Positions 48,100 to 61,650 of a DNA stretch of 64,000 nt are shown piece by piece. Each line of letters starts with the position of its first letter. The stretch's first letter is position 1. Source of the DNA: the human T2T-CHM13v2.0 reference genome, Homo sapiens; the NCBI RefSeq assembly GCF_009914755.1, contig NC_060927.1. One strand, written 5' to 3'. A program made the position numbers and the translations under genes. Under the pieces are notes generated by a model. It was not told the DNA's origin, did no database searches, and worked only from the letters and a program-made list of their open reading frames with translations.

Positions 48100-50260
48100 T
48101 CGACTTGCATTGTGGTTATGATAGAATAGTTTGTACTCAGCTAACATTCCTAAAAAGGAAAAGCAAAAACATCATTAAAATTTTACAAATTTTGTTGGAA
48201 TGCATCAGAAATTGATAAAGCAACTATGGCTTAAGATGAAGCTTACTGAGATGATCTCCATTTTTTGCCTCATCTTTCCCCTGAGGACAATGGTTAATTA
48301 TTGGAAGATAGCAGGAGATCAAGAGCTAGACAACAAGTTTCTACTAAGATTAGAATAGACTACAGAGCTATCAGTATCAGTAACTCACACAGCCAGAAAA
48401 AAAAAAAAAAAAAAGGAAATCTATGGTGCTATGGGAGCCTGGATTTGAAGTGATAGAATCCAGAGAGAAGATAGACTTAGAGAAGTCAGCTCAACAGTGG
48501 GCATTGGTTCTTCCCACAAGACATTTATGGAATAAGATGCACAAGACAAGAGGATAAAAAGGGGCAAGGTAACTAAAAATCAATGCACGACTGTTATGCT
48601 GCATTGCTTGAGAATCAAAGTTATATTTCAGGTCCTAGCAACGAGGGTATATCTTAAGAAACCTCCAACTCTTAGTTTGAAACCTTTGAGAGCTGTAAAC
48701 TAGGAGTGGAAAAATTAGAGAATAATCATTACAAAGATGGTCATATATTCTGGCTCTACATCCTCACCCAAATCTCATCTTGAATTGTTATCCAAATTTT
48801 AATCACCACATGTTGGGGGAGGGAGCTCACGGGAGGTGATTAGATAATGAGGGTGGTTGCCCCATGCTGTTCTCATGATAATGAGTGAGTTCTCATGAGA
48901 TCTGATGGTTTTATAAGGTGCTTTTCTCTCTTTGCTGGGCACTCATTCTCTCTCCTGCTGCCCTGTGAAGAGTTGCCTTCAGCCATGATTGTAAGTTTCC
49001 TGAGGCCTCCCCAGCCAGGTGCAACTGTGAGTAAATTAAACCTCTTTTCTTTGTAAATTTCCCAGTCTTGGGTATTTCTTCTCAGCAGTGTGACAACGGA
49101 CTAATACAGATTGTAACTCAGCCCAGAGTCAATTCAGACTAGAGCCATTTCACTCCCTGATTGAATTGAAGTGCTCTGCTCCTCTGCTTCCTGCTGGAGA
49201 ACAGGGTAAACCTGCTCTGCAGGAAGATGGCATTATTTAAAGTATATTCCATTTTTTATACAGATGTCTATTAATTTAAGCCAAAGTTGACAAACATACC
49301 TAAGAATACCTAAGAATAAGACTAAAAGAAAATACAAAAAGAAAACCGTAAGTGACAAAGGTTTTGAAATTTTAGTCATTAACTTTAAAATAACTATAAT
49401 TAATATCATTTTTAAAATGTATGACAAGATGGAAAGTTTTACCAGAGAACTAGAATCAATAAAAAAAGAAAAAAGTGGAAATTCTAGAACTGTAGTGATA
49501 GAGCTTAGGAACTGAATATGTTGGATAACGCTAAAAATAAGACTAGTGTGTTGGACTATATGAGTTCATGGAATATATCTGAATTTAAACATGAAGAGGA
49601 AAGAAAAAGGGTGAACAGTACACAAAGATTGTAAGGTCTTGTAAGGTCTACCATAAGCACAACTTTATTCCAGAAGGAGAAGAGATAAATAATAGGGCAA
49701 AAGCAATTTTTGAGGAGACAACGGGCCTAAAATTTCACAACTGATAAAATACACTAATCTACAGATATAGGAAGTTCTAAGAACTCCAAGCAATATAAAT
49801 ATAAAGAAAATTCATTTAGCTACATTATAACATAAATGACCAAGGAGAATAAGGAGAGTAAACAATATGTTTTTAAATCTTAAAAATATTGCAAGAAACA
49901 AGACATATTACAGCCAAAGGGGCAGCAACAAGACTGAAAGCTTACTTTGCAAGAGAAATGATGAAAACCAAAAGATATTAAGTTGATGCTTTTAATTGCT
50001 GGGGGAAAACAAAAACAAATACTACCAGCCTCACATTCTTCAGCTATCAAAAATATTCTTTAAAAGTGAAAGCAATTTGAAAACATTCCAATGCAAACAT
50101 AAACTGAGAAAATATGTTGTCAGCTAGACCCACACTGAAGACAAATCACAGTAAAGAGAAGTCTTTGGATGGGAAGAAAATGATACCAGAAATGTGAAAC
50201 ATAATGAAGGTCAATAAAAGGCTAAATATGTGGTAAATAAATAAAATATGTCTGATTTTC
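48100..50260 (+). mobile_element. Old L1M 5' region and ORF1 remnant, interrupted by THE1D
   Basis: ORF1-type motifs 'ggaaattctagaactg', 'ccagaaggagaagaga', 'gcaacaagactgaaagcttactttgcaagagaaatgatgaaaacc', 'aaactgagaaaatatgttgtcagc'. Confidence 0.6.
48741..49108 (+). mobile_element. THE1D-like solo LTR
   Basis: 'ctcacccaaatctcatcttgaattg...gtgagttctcatgagatctgatgg...ggactaataca'; TSD gatgg/gattg. Confidence 0.88.
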
Positions 50261-52296
50261 TATTTGTAGATATTTTATACATGGTATGATAAAAATTGTA
50301 AATTCATATTTGTAAGAAAAACAGGAAATAAACCAATATCACCACATATTGCAATACAGGTTTGGTGGAGTTACACAGATGATTCAAGGGAGACAAAAGG
50401 AGGGCTCCCTTGCCTACTTGAGATTGCTGAATAGAGGAAACTCTTCCCTGAGCAAGAGATACTTTGCTCAGTCTCAACTGATTCAAATGTTAGAACACAG
50501 AGGAGAAAATAAATGATATGATGGGTGGGTGTTATTTGAGAAACTCTTAGATGAACAATCATTTGAACACATACATGATTTTTTAAGCAGTCACCAATTT
50601 TAAGAATACGTTTTCCCAGTCATAAAAAAATTATCCTCTGCTTACTAGTTTCCTCTTTTAGTTCATTCCTATTAGTGTTCTTAAAAGATATCAAGATATT
50701 TAAAAAGACAAGGATGATATAATGTGCAGGGATGCAATTATATTATATGGAAAGAAAATTATAATAAAATTTGTTTCAAATTATACATTTTACACTCAAC
50801 ACTTTATACTGGATATTTGAGGCCATGAAAAGAGCAAAAATCATTAAAGCAAAAGAAAAGTTATAGGGTAAGGATATCAAGAGAAGCTGAAAGATGCATC
50901 TATCTGAAAGTAATTTTACCTTCTGCTTCTATTCTTCATGATGCTTGCCAAACAGGCCCAGCAATAACTGGTAAATGGAGGAATTTTCCTAAATGAATAC
51001 TTAAAATTCTTGACAAATAAAGTGGATTCTGTTAATTAAAATCTTAATTGTTCTTGAAAGTGATAGAGAAAGACAATAATCAACCTTTCTAAAAGAATAT
51101 GCCAGCAACATATATCTCTTTTAGCAGACCATGTACGAATTACTTATTCAATATCTATTGATTAAATGTTTTAATCCCTATGTAGATTCAAATGATAACT
51201 ATGCACCCAATCAATTCTTGCTTGTAGCCTCCCTAGGAGCAGATGTTAGAATTCCGTCTATATGAATTTAGGTACAACCTAAAAAGTCATTTACTCTTTC
51301 TGTCACTTTCAAGGAGGACTGAAGGTTATTGCGATTATCTTGTTCGCCTCAACTCTGTCTTTTAAATCCAACTCCCAATGTCTAATGCTGAGCAGGCAAA
51401 ATCTCTCAATACTGTGTGTCAAATGTCAAGAATAAGAAAAAATAATATACTCAAAATTACTTTTTCCTTTGACATGAGTCACAGTTGAATTCCAAACAAT
51501 TATACTTTTTTTGATATTAATCTTCCTATTCAGATATCTATTAAATACGAGAAAAACACTACTAAAATTGAAATTATATTCCAGCCATGTACATTCTCTG
51601 TTCTGTAGAGCATGTGTCCTAAATCTTTTTATTGTTTCTTGTCCTGAAGAATTGAAGTTGGCAATCTAGAATGCACAAAATAGTTTATCCTGATGATAAC
51701 CCTTAATCATAAAACAATAATTATCACCAGTGTTGTTACTTTTTTTTTCAATCAAGGCTCAACTTAAAAAAAATTTAATGTTAAATAAATGTAATAATAT
51801 AATAAATCACTACATGTTTACCATAACCATTAAGGCAACAAATATATATAAATTAAAAACAATATTCCTCTACATTCTATGTTATTACACTGACATGTAT
51901 CCTTTTACACCTTTATCTATGCTCACTCAAAAATATTTACACATAGGTAAAATCCTGTAATTTTCTCTTTCAAACGTGGGGTTATACAGAGTAAGCTGTC
52001 AAAGATTTCTGCATGCACACTTGCACCCAGAATCTTCAATATTGCATCTGGCTGTAATTTGATGATCTCTTTATTCATTTTACCAAAAGTTTCAAACTCT
52101 CTTTTGAATTTTAAATCTTCACTAGTCATCTAAAGGGAAAATATACAAGTTCATATTTGTCAGCACTTATTTAATGAAAACAAGTTGAGATTTTATCCCA
52201 TATTTACTGGAAGACCATCAATACTTTTAAGCAGAACACTGACATGATTTCATCTGTGTCTTAGTGGGAAATATTTGTTAGAAAGGGGAGAATCTA

Positions 52297-52900
<604 letters not shown>

Positions 52901-53357
52901 CTTACGAGGAAATGCAAAATTGTATAATTATCTCTTCTTCTCCAACACTTAACATTTTAGCTTAAAGATTTTCCAATTTTGCTTTATATTCTTCACAATT
53001 TTGGTTTATGGCTGAAGACAAATTATACACAGTAATATCAAGAAAATTTGTATTTTTAAATTGTTGGACCTTTGGACAGCTTCCAAGATTTTTTATCATA
53101 GTAAGAAACCAACGAATATCTTAATATTTGTAACATTTTCTTCTTTTAATTACTTTCTCAGAATATATATTCCCAGAGGTAAAATAAGTTTATTTACCCA
53201 AATCATAAGAATATTGGAAGTCACTGTTCAAAATGTTTTTAAAAAAACTTTTATACATACGTGTGTGTGTGTATGTATGTATATATGTGTGTGTATTGCA
53301 TAGTGATTGTGCATATATGTATACACACACACAAACACACACACACATGAATAAACA

Positions 53358-53646
53358 CAGTTGGCTTTATATATCCTAGGTCCTGCACCTATGGATTCAA
53401 TCAATCACAAATTGAAAACATTAGGAAAAAATGGCATCTGCACTCAAAATGTACAAAGTTTTTTTGTCATTATTCCCTTAACAATATAGTATAACAACTA
53501 TTAACATAGCATTTATATTGTATTAGATATTATAAGTAATCTAGAGATGATTTAGAGTATACAGGAAGATATGAGTAGGTTATATGAAAATACTATACCA
53601 CTTTATGGATTTTGGTATCTATAAGAAGTCCTGGAACCAATCTCCC
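53358..53646 (+). mobile_element. Tigger3a (MER7A-like) DNA transposon
   Basis: 'tggattcaatcaatcac', 'gtcattattcccttaacaatatagtataacaactat', 'ataagtaatctagagatgattta', 'gtcctggaaccaatc'. Confidence 0.8.
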
Positions 53647-53654
53647 GCTACCTC

Positions 53655-53790
53655 CACCTCTCTCTCTCTTCCTCTCTCTCTCTCATTCTTTCTTTCTCTC
53701 TCTACTAATATACTCTTTTTCTCTGTCTACACACACACATACATATACACATACACACACATATATACACATACACATATGTATATACAT
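53655..53790. repeat. (CT)n and (CA/TA)n low-complexity tract
   Basis: Directly visible. Confidence 0.85.
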
Positions 53791-54499
53791 TTGAAATGCT
53801 TAAAATATAAATATATATAGGTAAATATACCTATAGGTATATATAACTTTTAAAAATACTAAATATTAAATCCTGATGCTTTATTCTGGAGCATAAAGCA
53901 GGTCTCCAAATAACTATGCACATACAGATATATGTTCCAGGAGCACATAGATTCCAAGAAAAAAAATGTAATGAAGTATTTCAAGATTCCTTTTTACTAA
54001 CCAATTTATAGCTCCTCTTGCAAAATGATGAATAAAGAGAAAACAAGTGCAAAACAGCAGTTTACCTACTTCAGCTACTGAGTGCCGTATGTTCTCTTTT
54101 CCCTCTGCATGGACTTCCTCAGAGGCAAATTAACAAAATCACAGGTGCCTTCTGGAAAAAGTGATTAGACTATTCAGAACTCCCTTGTGTTCTCTCAAAG
54201 GCAGTTTAAAGTTAACTGAACATTTCACTGTGTTGTCAGATTTACAATTGATTCCAGTTTCCAGTGTGCAACATATTCGACAGACTGCTGGAAAACAGAT
54301 ACCCCTTTCACTCGGCATTTGATTCTGAAGAAAAGCCATAAGAAGAAAACACATCAGCTGCAACAAGAACATTACAATTCCAGTGGTTGGTTTCAAAAAT
54401 GGTTTCTAATGTGATATACACTGAAAATAAGGGACTGGAATAAAATGGTATTTGTCTCATACTACATTATTACTGTACATACTTCTACCAATTTCTTTT

Positions 54500-54800
54500 C
54501 ATTCTTCTAAGTTGGAATTAAAATCACCTCACTAGAGACTTTTTTCTGATCTCCTTAAATGGCTTGCAGATTCACTTCTTATTATTCAAGCCATTTCAGT
54601 TGTTGGTGGCATAAGACACTATGTAATTACATATTTATTTTTGCTTACTTGTTATTTTTCTGTAATTCCCACCATCCATAATCTCCTTGAGAGCAGAAAC
54701 TGTGTCAATTTCTCATGCAAAATATTTCCAGTTCTGAACCAAGTATCTGACACATAGTAGGTATTTTTAAAATATCTGGTTAATGAATAAACAAAGTGAA
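54500..54800 (+). mobile_element. L2 3' end
   Basis: 'ctccttgagagcagaaactgtgtc...tctgacacatagtaggta...taatgaataaa'. Confidence 0.65.
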
Positions 54801-55169
54801 TAAAACCATAAGTAAAACTCACAAGAACCAACCCCAGATTAGAAAACATCGTCCATTTGACAGTAGTAGTTTTTGGCTACCTAAGTGAAGAATATCTGTT
54901 TATCTGAAAATATTTCAATATAGACATTCATATAGTAGTTGTTTTCAAGAATAGCATCTACTCTTAAACTGAAAAGAACCTTAGAATCAAAGGTGATAAT
55001 TCTATCTTAAACAACAATTACAAGTTAAGACATGGCAACTTGAACCTACACCTTATGGGAATAGGTGTCACTGTAAAACCCGATTGAGTGATGGATATGA
55101 AGATACATGACATGAATATAGATGCTGAAAGTCAACATACAATATATCATCTGTAATCTTTTCTGTGTT

Positions 55170-55500
55170 CAATTAGTGTAACACTTATTAATTGCCTAAT
55201 AAATGTAATGCTCTGTTCTAGTCATTTGTAATACAATTGCATGACAAAATTTCCATTAAATATATTTGTATGATAAGTATAAATAGTGATAAATACTTTG
55301 AGGAAGATGGCCTAATGAAGATAAACAGGGATTGAGAAAGGAGAGGTTTTTTTTAAGATACGGAGTAACCAAGAAAGACCTATTGAAGAGGTACCATTTG
55401 AACTAGGTCCTGAAACATAATGAGGCAGCCCTGTCAAGTTCTGGTGGAAGAGTGTCCCAGGCACAGAAAAGGTACAAAGGCCAACTGTGGAAATAGGTTA
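55170..55500 (-). mobile_element. L2 fragment
   Basis: 'aagaggtaccatttgaactaggtcctgaa...ggaagagtgtcccaggcacagaaaa'. Confidence 0.55.
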
Positions 55501-56713
55501 TCATACTAATAATTAGTCTTGTTGAGAGATGATAAAAAATTAAAAAGATAATTAACTAATTGCCACTAACTTACTAATAAACGTCACATTTATCTTTTGC
55601 CACTACTGCCCTAGAATATTTTACTTCAGTAGTTCTAATGCCTTTTGCTATAGCAATGTTTGCATTAAAAACAAAGGACTGCTAGATAATCCCAACTGAA
55701 ATTTCAAGTGGAGTCAAATAAAAGGTCCATAGCTAAACATTTTATATCTTTACAGCTGAAAGAAACCTGAAAAGGTCATGCAGTCTCTATGACTCAAATA
55801 TCTGAACAGCATCAAATAAAATTTATCACATTTTATGACTTTTCTAATGTAGCTTGAATGAAATCACATTTGACCAAGGTTAGAGATTTTTGTGCTAGAG
55901 CCACAGTCACTGTTTTGTATCAAAATCGAACCATGGGATGTAAAAGTAGGACTTCTGTCCTTGCTGTAGCTTTTTACATTTTATTATTCTTAAAAAAGAT
56001 CTTAAACACCAAGGGTTAATGTTACATAACTATTGTGGGGATTTTATTCACCAAATAAGACAAATAATTCAGCAAATAGTTCTAATTTAATTATTCAAAT
56101 TTGTATCTCTCTCATGCCTTAAATGATACTTGCAACCTACAAAGAAAAGAACATAGAATATATACTAACAGTACTCCTAAAACAAAATAATTTCTTTTTG
56201 CCTGTATTATGCTTACAATAAAGAATTTTGCTGAATTATTAGGCTATTTTTTCTTACTTTTAAAATGTGCAGTAGCCTTGGGCTCCAGGTCTTATCAGCC
56301 ATTGGTCAAGAACCTGATTAGAATTTTGCATCAAAAATAGACAAGAGAACATGATACCACTCTTTATCTTCCAGAGATAAAACATGGAAGGATTATTCAG
56401 ATGAAGTTGTAAAGTAACAATTTTTTCTGAGAGTACTTTTGAAAAGAAGGAGGGAAGAGGTCCTTAGGTAGGTTAGCACTAGCTCTGTGCCAGTGTCTGT
56501 GCCAGGCTCTGAGCATAGAGGAGGGATCCAGTACTTGCCAGTCATTCCCTTCACTACCATTATTTGATTTTAAAATTAATTTTACTATGTTAAGAGGAGG
56601 TCAGCTCTTACGGCACCTGTAGAATGATGTATGTCATAGCTAAAAGGTATACTTTTTGTTAACCACAGAAGTAGCAGTATAGGGTGACAGAAGAACTTTG
56701 AGCAGAAACTTGG

Positions 56714-57085
56714 TGTATTAGCTCTCACTGCCCTACCAAAATACCACAGCATGGGTGGCTTAAACAACAGAATTTTTTTTCTCACAGTTCTAGAGGCTAG
56801 CAGTTCAAGATGAAGGTGCCGGGAGGGTTGGTTTATTGTGAGCTCTTTCTTCCTGGTTTGCAGATGGCTGCCTTCTCTCTGTGTCCTCACATGGCTTTTC
56901 TTCCGTGCATTTTACTTCTGATGTTCATATAAGGACTTTAGTCCTTTGGGATTAGGACCCCACTCATGCTTTTGTTTAACCTTAATTACCTCCTCAAAAG
57001 CCCTATCTTCAAATACAGTGACATTGGAGGTTAGTGTTTCAACATACGAATTTTTGGGGTGTGGGACAAAATTAATTTCACAACG
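56714..57085 (-). mobile_element. MLT1A0-like MaLR solo LTR
   Basis: 'aaaataccacagcatgggtggcttaaacaacagaa...ctcacagttctagaggct...gcagatggctgccttctc...aaatacagtgacattgg'. Confidence 0.85.
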
Positions 57086-58356
57086 TTTAGCGACTTTGGT
57101 GCTGTCTCTTGGTTATAATACTATCTTGCTTGGAAGATCTTTCCCTCATTATGCCTCTTGTTTTTTCTTTACTTTTTTTTTTTTCCATGTGTAAAATGAA
57201 GTTGAAGTACATGATCTCTGTATATCTGCCAAAAGAAACCTGGCTTTTTCTCCAAGAAAACAAATTTAATGACCACTATTTCAAGTAATAAATAAGACAA
57301 AAATGACTCCTTGCAGAACTTGAGTACTAGAATGGTTTATAATTATTAACTGATATTTAGCGTTTATTTTATTCTATTAAATTGTCTCCTAAATTGTGTT
57401 AATCCACAGAGGAATACAAACTAAAAGGTTGTATTAAAAGACACTCTATGAGCCTGTAATTGACTTCTCTCAATCTCAAAAACCAACATCTTAAATAATG
57501 CATCATAAAGTAAAGCTAGCAATGCATTCAAAGATCCAGCGTATTTAAACATTTCAGACGCAATATTTGTTGACATGATGGTTCATCGTAAAACATTAAT
57601 ATGGTAAATGCCTAGGGAATTTATAAATGCATACACATCAAAATGTTAATTAATTAAAATGAATTAAATTTAGTAAAACTATTATTATCCATGCCTGGCA
57701 ATTTACGCAAAGAAAGAATTAGGTCCTGTTCGCACTGCTGCTTGATGAGTAGAACACTGGATTAATTATCAAGAATCACAGACAGATTGTTGTTGTTTAC
57801 ATATACTACTTAGAAAGTCAGATTTCTGGACACAATAGATATGCACTTCAGCTATAATGTTAAGGTGGCAGGTCATTAAGCATGATTAGAAGTCAGGCTT
57901 CATCTGCAATCCAGGGTTCACATGAAAGCACAGTACATATTTTCTAGCATGAAGTAAGGTAGGAATGGGGGCAGAAATAAGATTAAGATTCAGAGACGGG
58001 AAAGGAGATGCACAGAAAATGAATCAAAGAGCTGCCAAGCCCATTTCCATCACTCCTTTTGACTACAAATGCAGCAGCTGTCTTCTTGGGATGTTTGAAA
58101 TGTGCTCCTTCAACCTCTGTCAAAGAACATTAGGTACCATAATTTTGCTAGTATATGCTCATGACTTTGCTGCCTGAACTTAAGTAGCACATTCCAGTCT
58201 ATAATTTCAACTAAGAGCAAAATGAACAAGAGCCCCATAGACTCAATCCTTACCCTTTAGAAGCTGGTAATTGGAAAAAGTGGCCATAATGAAGAGCCCA
58301 AAAGAGGAAAATGTAATTAACCAGGAGCTGTGTATAGTGTTTAATTTGATTTTCTT

Positions 58357-58565
58357 AGCTTGTTAGCTCAGCTGGTTGGAGTGTGGTGTTAATAACGTTA
58401 AGATTGCAAGTTCAATTGCCATATGGACCAGTTAGTTTCACTCAATTCTATGGCTACGGACCAAATGAGTTCTATTGGTCGCAAGAGGAAATAGACAAGA
58501 GAGGGTGGATTAGAGAAAATCTATTAATACCACTGTCAAACAAACTCAAAACACTACTGTCAAGG
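58357..58565 (+). mobile_element. MamSINE1 (tRNA-Ile-derived head) relic
   Basis: Head 'agcttgttagctcagctggttggagtgtggtgttaataacgttaagattgcaagttcaattgccatatggacca' aligns to tRNA-Ile(AAT); the body 'gttagtttc...attggtcgcaagagg...gtggat...caaactcaaa' matches MamSINE1 as recalled. Confidence 0.75.
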
Positions 58566-60326
58566 GCAGGGCTGCAGTGAAGACTGCATTTTAATTATTT
58601 AAAAGTGGGAAAATGTAAAATTCTGAGAGGTGAAAATTGAGACAAAAATTTAGACTTTCTGAACACTATAATTAGTGTCCTTTATCAAATCAGGAGAAGT
58701 TTGCCTGATAAATGTATTTCAGTTGCTTCTTAACTGAGTTCTCAGACATCTAAATTCTAATGTGACTGGGAATATGGATTTCAGCTGAAGTGGATTAGAT
58801 ATGTAAGATGAGAGAGATTCACAGCGGAGAGAGACAGTCTTTAGGGCTGACTGGGGAGGAAAGCAGAAATAAGGAAAATAAGGTTGGTAATAGAAACACA
58901 ACGTTAAAGAACAGGAAATTGCTTTGTCATTTACTCAATCTGAAATAGGTCCAGTGTCTGGACAGACTCACCCAATCTTATGATTGGGCTCTAATCCCCT
59001 CTTAGAACTGTGATCTATTTTAAGTTAAGTAAAGGTGAAGTCCTAAACAAACCCTGGAATAAACCAATTACAAAAGATTACAACGTACATCTACATAACT
59101 ACCTTAGCCCAGGGGAAAATGTGCAGGCAATTCCTCTTTATCCTAAGATCCTGAAACCACAAACACACATCTACAACTGAGTGCTATCATACTTAACACA
59201 TATGTAACATGCAATAGTCACTTTGCTATATGAAACCAACATGTCTGGAACTGTTTTATAATACTCCCAGAGAAATATGGGAGAAAAAGTTTGACCTAAA
59301 TTAATTTGCTAGCAAATCCTTATCATAATGACACGGCTGATAAAGAATCTGGAGTATGAGTATTGAATAAATCAGCCCCGGGGGGAGGAGCGGGTTCTTT
59401 AAGAACCAAGAGCAAGTATGCAGCACCGTTTGCAGGTCACCTGTTCCCCCTTTAACCCACAAATCTGGTTCTCCTCTCGTTCTATCTTACTTCAGCCACA
59501 AGGAAAATCAGTCATATCTTTGGTCTTTCCATTCTTAAGCAAAACAAGACCTTTCTGGCACGTTTCGTGAGAATCCCAGATAAAAGTTATACCTGTAAAG
59601 TTCTACAGCTTGCCTGAAAGTTCTGAGGACTCTTAAATTTCCCGGTGGGAAGCAGGGAAAAAACCAAGTACAACTTCCCTCCTCAGTCTCTCCCGATAAA
59701 TGCACCAGTAAGCAAAATTTGATAGAAAATTAAAGACATAATTCTCTATTTGACGTTATATGAATAAAAACAACTGGCATACTATTAGGTTTCTTTTGAA
59801 TGGTGATTCACTCTAGAATTCAGCCCCAAACTTTTTTGTACTCTCCTCTTTAAACGTTTTCTTTCATAATAAATAGCAGAGACAAAAGTGTTTCTATTGG
59901 GAAGTGTGAGAGTAAAGAGATATACAATTAACTAGTGGTCTGCTCAGTTACAGGAAAAATGCCTGAACAGCATTCTGTTATCTTGCAATAATGGGGCCAT
60001 TTATGTGCATCACATTTTCATTTTCAGTTCTGTGCTAATTTAAATCATTTTCATTTGAATTCCCAATCTTAACTTTTTTCCCTACACATGCCTGGCTAAT
60101 AAAAATGCTTGATTTATTAATATTGCACTTATTACAATATTAATTGTACTTTATTAATAAAGAGTTACAGCACTTTATTAATAAACTAAATTTCAGCAAC
60201 TAGATCTAGTAAGGCAATTACAAATACTACGGCCAGCTAGAATAATATTTTAAGTGTTTTAGAAATGTCAGATGAAAACTTGTTAAACCAGACAAGCACC
60301 AATGACAGTTAATAGCAGTGTTCTCA

Positions 60327-60339
60327 TGCCCCCTGTTGG
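60327..60339 (-). promoter_or_regulatory. Candidate CTCF binding site
   Basis: Minus strand CCAACAGGGGGCA closely matches the CTCF core CCASYAGRKGGCR. Confidence 0.5.
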
Positions 60340-60441
60340 TTACTTACTTGAGAATCGCATTGAAGCTAAGTCATTTTGCAACCAGAGAAAAAATGTCCAA
60401 TGTTTTCACTTGAATCTGGTTTGGATCATAAACTAAAAGGT

Positions 60442-60445
<4 letters not shown>

Positions 60446-60475
<30 letters not shown>
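60446..60475. repeat. (CA)n microsatellite
   Basis: Directly visible. Confidence 0.95.
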
Positions 60476-60477
<2 letters not shown>

Positions 60478-60639
60478 ATGTATCCCTCTGGTTTCATGTT
60501 TGAATTGAAGCTAAAAAAAAGTGAGATTTAAAGAGAGGGTGAATTTTGCATTGGGTGTGAAAAACTCCCACATCCACTTACACTCACAATTGGTGAGTGC
60601 CATCCATGTATTAAGTATTTTCTCATGAGATTTTAACAT

Positions 60640-61030
60640 TTTGGTATAGCGCAAAGAGCATGAACTTTTAAACTACGTAGTCCTGAGTTTGAACCAAGTG
60701 AATTTATCTTCCTTATCAATCACATTAAACCATATAAACATGGAAAGTTATTTTTTTATCTTGAAAATGATTTGGGTTATAATTCTTATTACACATTGTT
60801 GGTTTGAAGATTAAAAGATAAATAGTTTGTCTGAAAGTGCCTACTAAGTATATGTTAAATGCTAAGTAATTGTTAGTTTTTTTTTTTTTACAACTCTCTG
60901 ATGTAAACATTATCTATATCTCACTTTTTAGATAGAATAATTGAGGTTCAGGCATATAGAAAAAAGTGGCCAAGCTTTTGCAGCTAGTGAATGATAATGC
61001 TGGCATCAAAACCCAGAACATTTTGCCTCT
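60640..61030. mobile_element. Two MIR fragments in opposite orientation
   Basis: 'ggtatagcgcaaagagcatgaacttt...cctgagtttgaacc' (+) and 'cacttttagatagaataattgaggttcagg...cagctagtgaatg' (-). Confidence 0.55.
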
Positions 61031-61602
61031 AATGCAAGCATATTTTGTGATATTGTTTATACAACTTTATTATAACTCAGTGTTACAAAATCAGGTCTAT
61101 ATAAGCTACTCTACCTTGATTTACATCTTATAAAATTTAATAAGCAAAATGTGGAAAAAGAAGGAGTGGTCTTATTTAAAAAGTGTCCTGAACAATATTC
61201 TAACAAAGATTTGACTTTCGAAAAATAAAATCAGAGTATTCTCAAAATAATCACTGACTATTCTCAAAAATAATGCTAAAATATTAATTATTTGACAACA
61301 ATTTACTCTCTTTGTGAACATAATATACCATCTCTTTGCATTTTGCTACTACTTCTCCTATTAGAAATACCAGCTTCTAGGAAGTTCTCAAGGGTTTTTA
61401 TATCTACTCTATAAATGAATGAAAAGTTCTTACAGATTTTCATTACCACGTGGACGTCTATAAGCAGAATTAAATATTAATGTAAGTACAGATGTTTAAT
61501 TATCAAGTAGAATTGATAATATTCTCAACACAAGACACCTAAAATAATTTTATTTTATACTCAGAAATTAAATGTCATCATTTATTAATTGGTCAGACTT
61601 TT

Positions 61603-61650
61603 TTTTTTTTTGACTCAGTCTCACTCTGTCGCCCAGGCTGGAGTGCAGTG
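61603..61650 (-). mobile_element. Extremely 5'-truncated Alu (last ~39 nt plus poly(A))
   Basis: Poly(T) then 'gactcagtctcactctgtcgcccaggctggagtgcagtg', flanked by the 13-bp TSD tggtcagactttt (61590-61602 / 61651-61663). Confidence 0.9.

Noticed and set aside
53262-53347. (TG)n...(CA)n inverted arrangement as an RNA hairpin gene
   Set aside because: Common low-complexity microsatellite pattern.
58357-58430. Functional tRNA-Ile gene
   Set aside because: Stems are disrupted and the B-box is degenerate; it continues into a SINE body.
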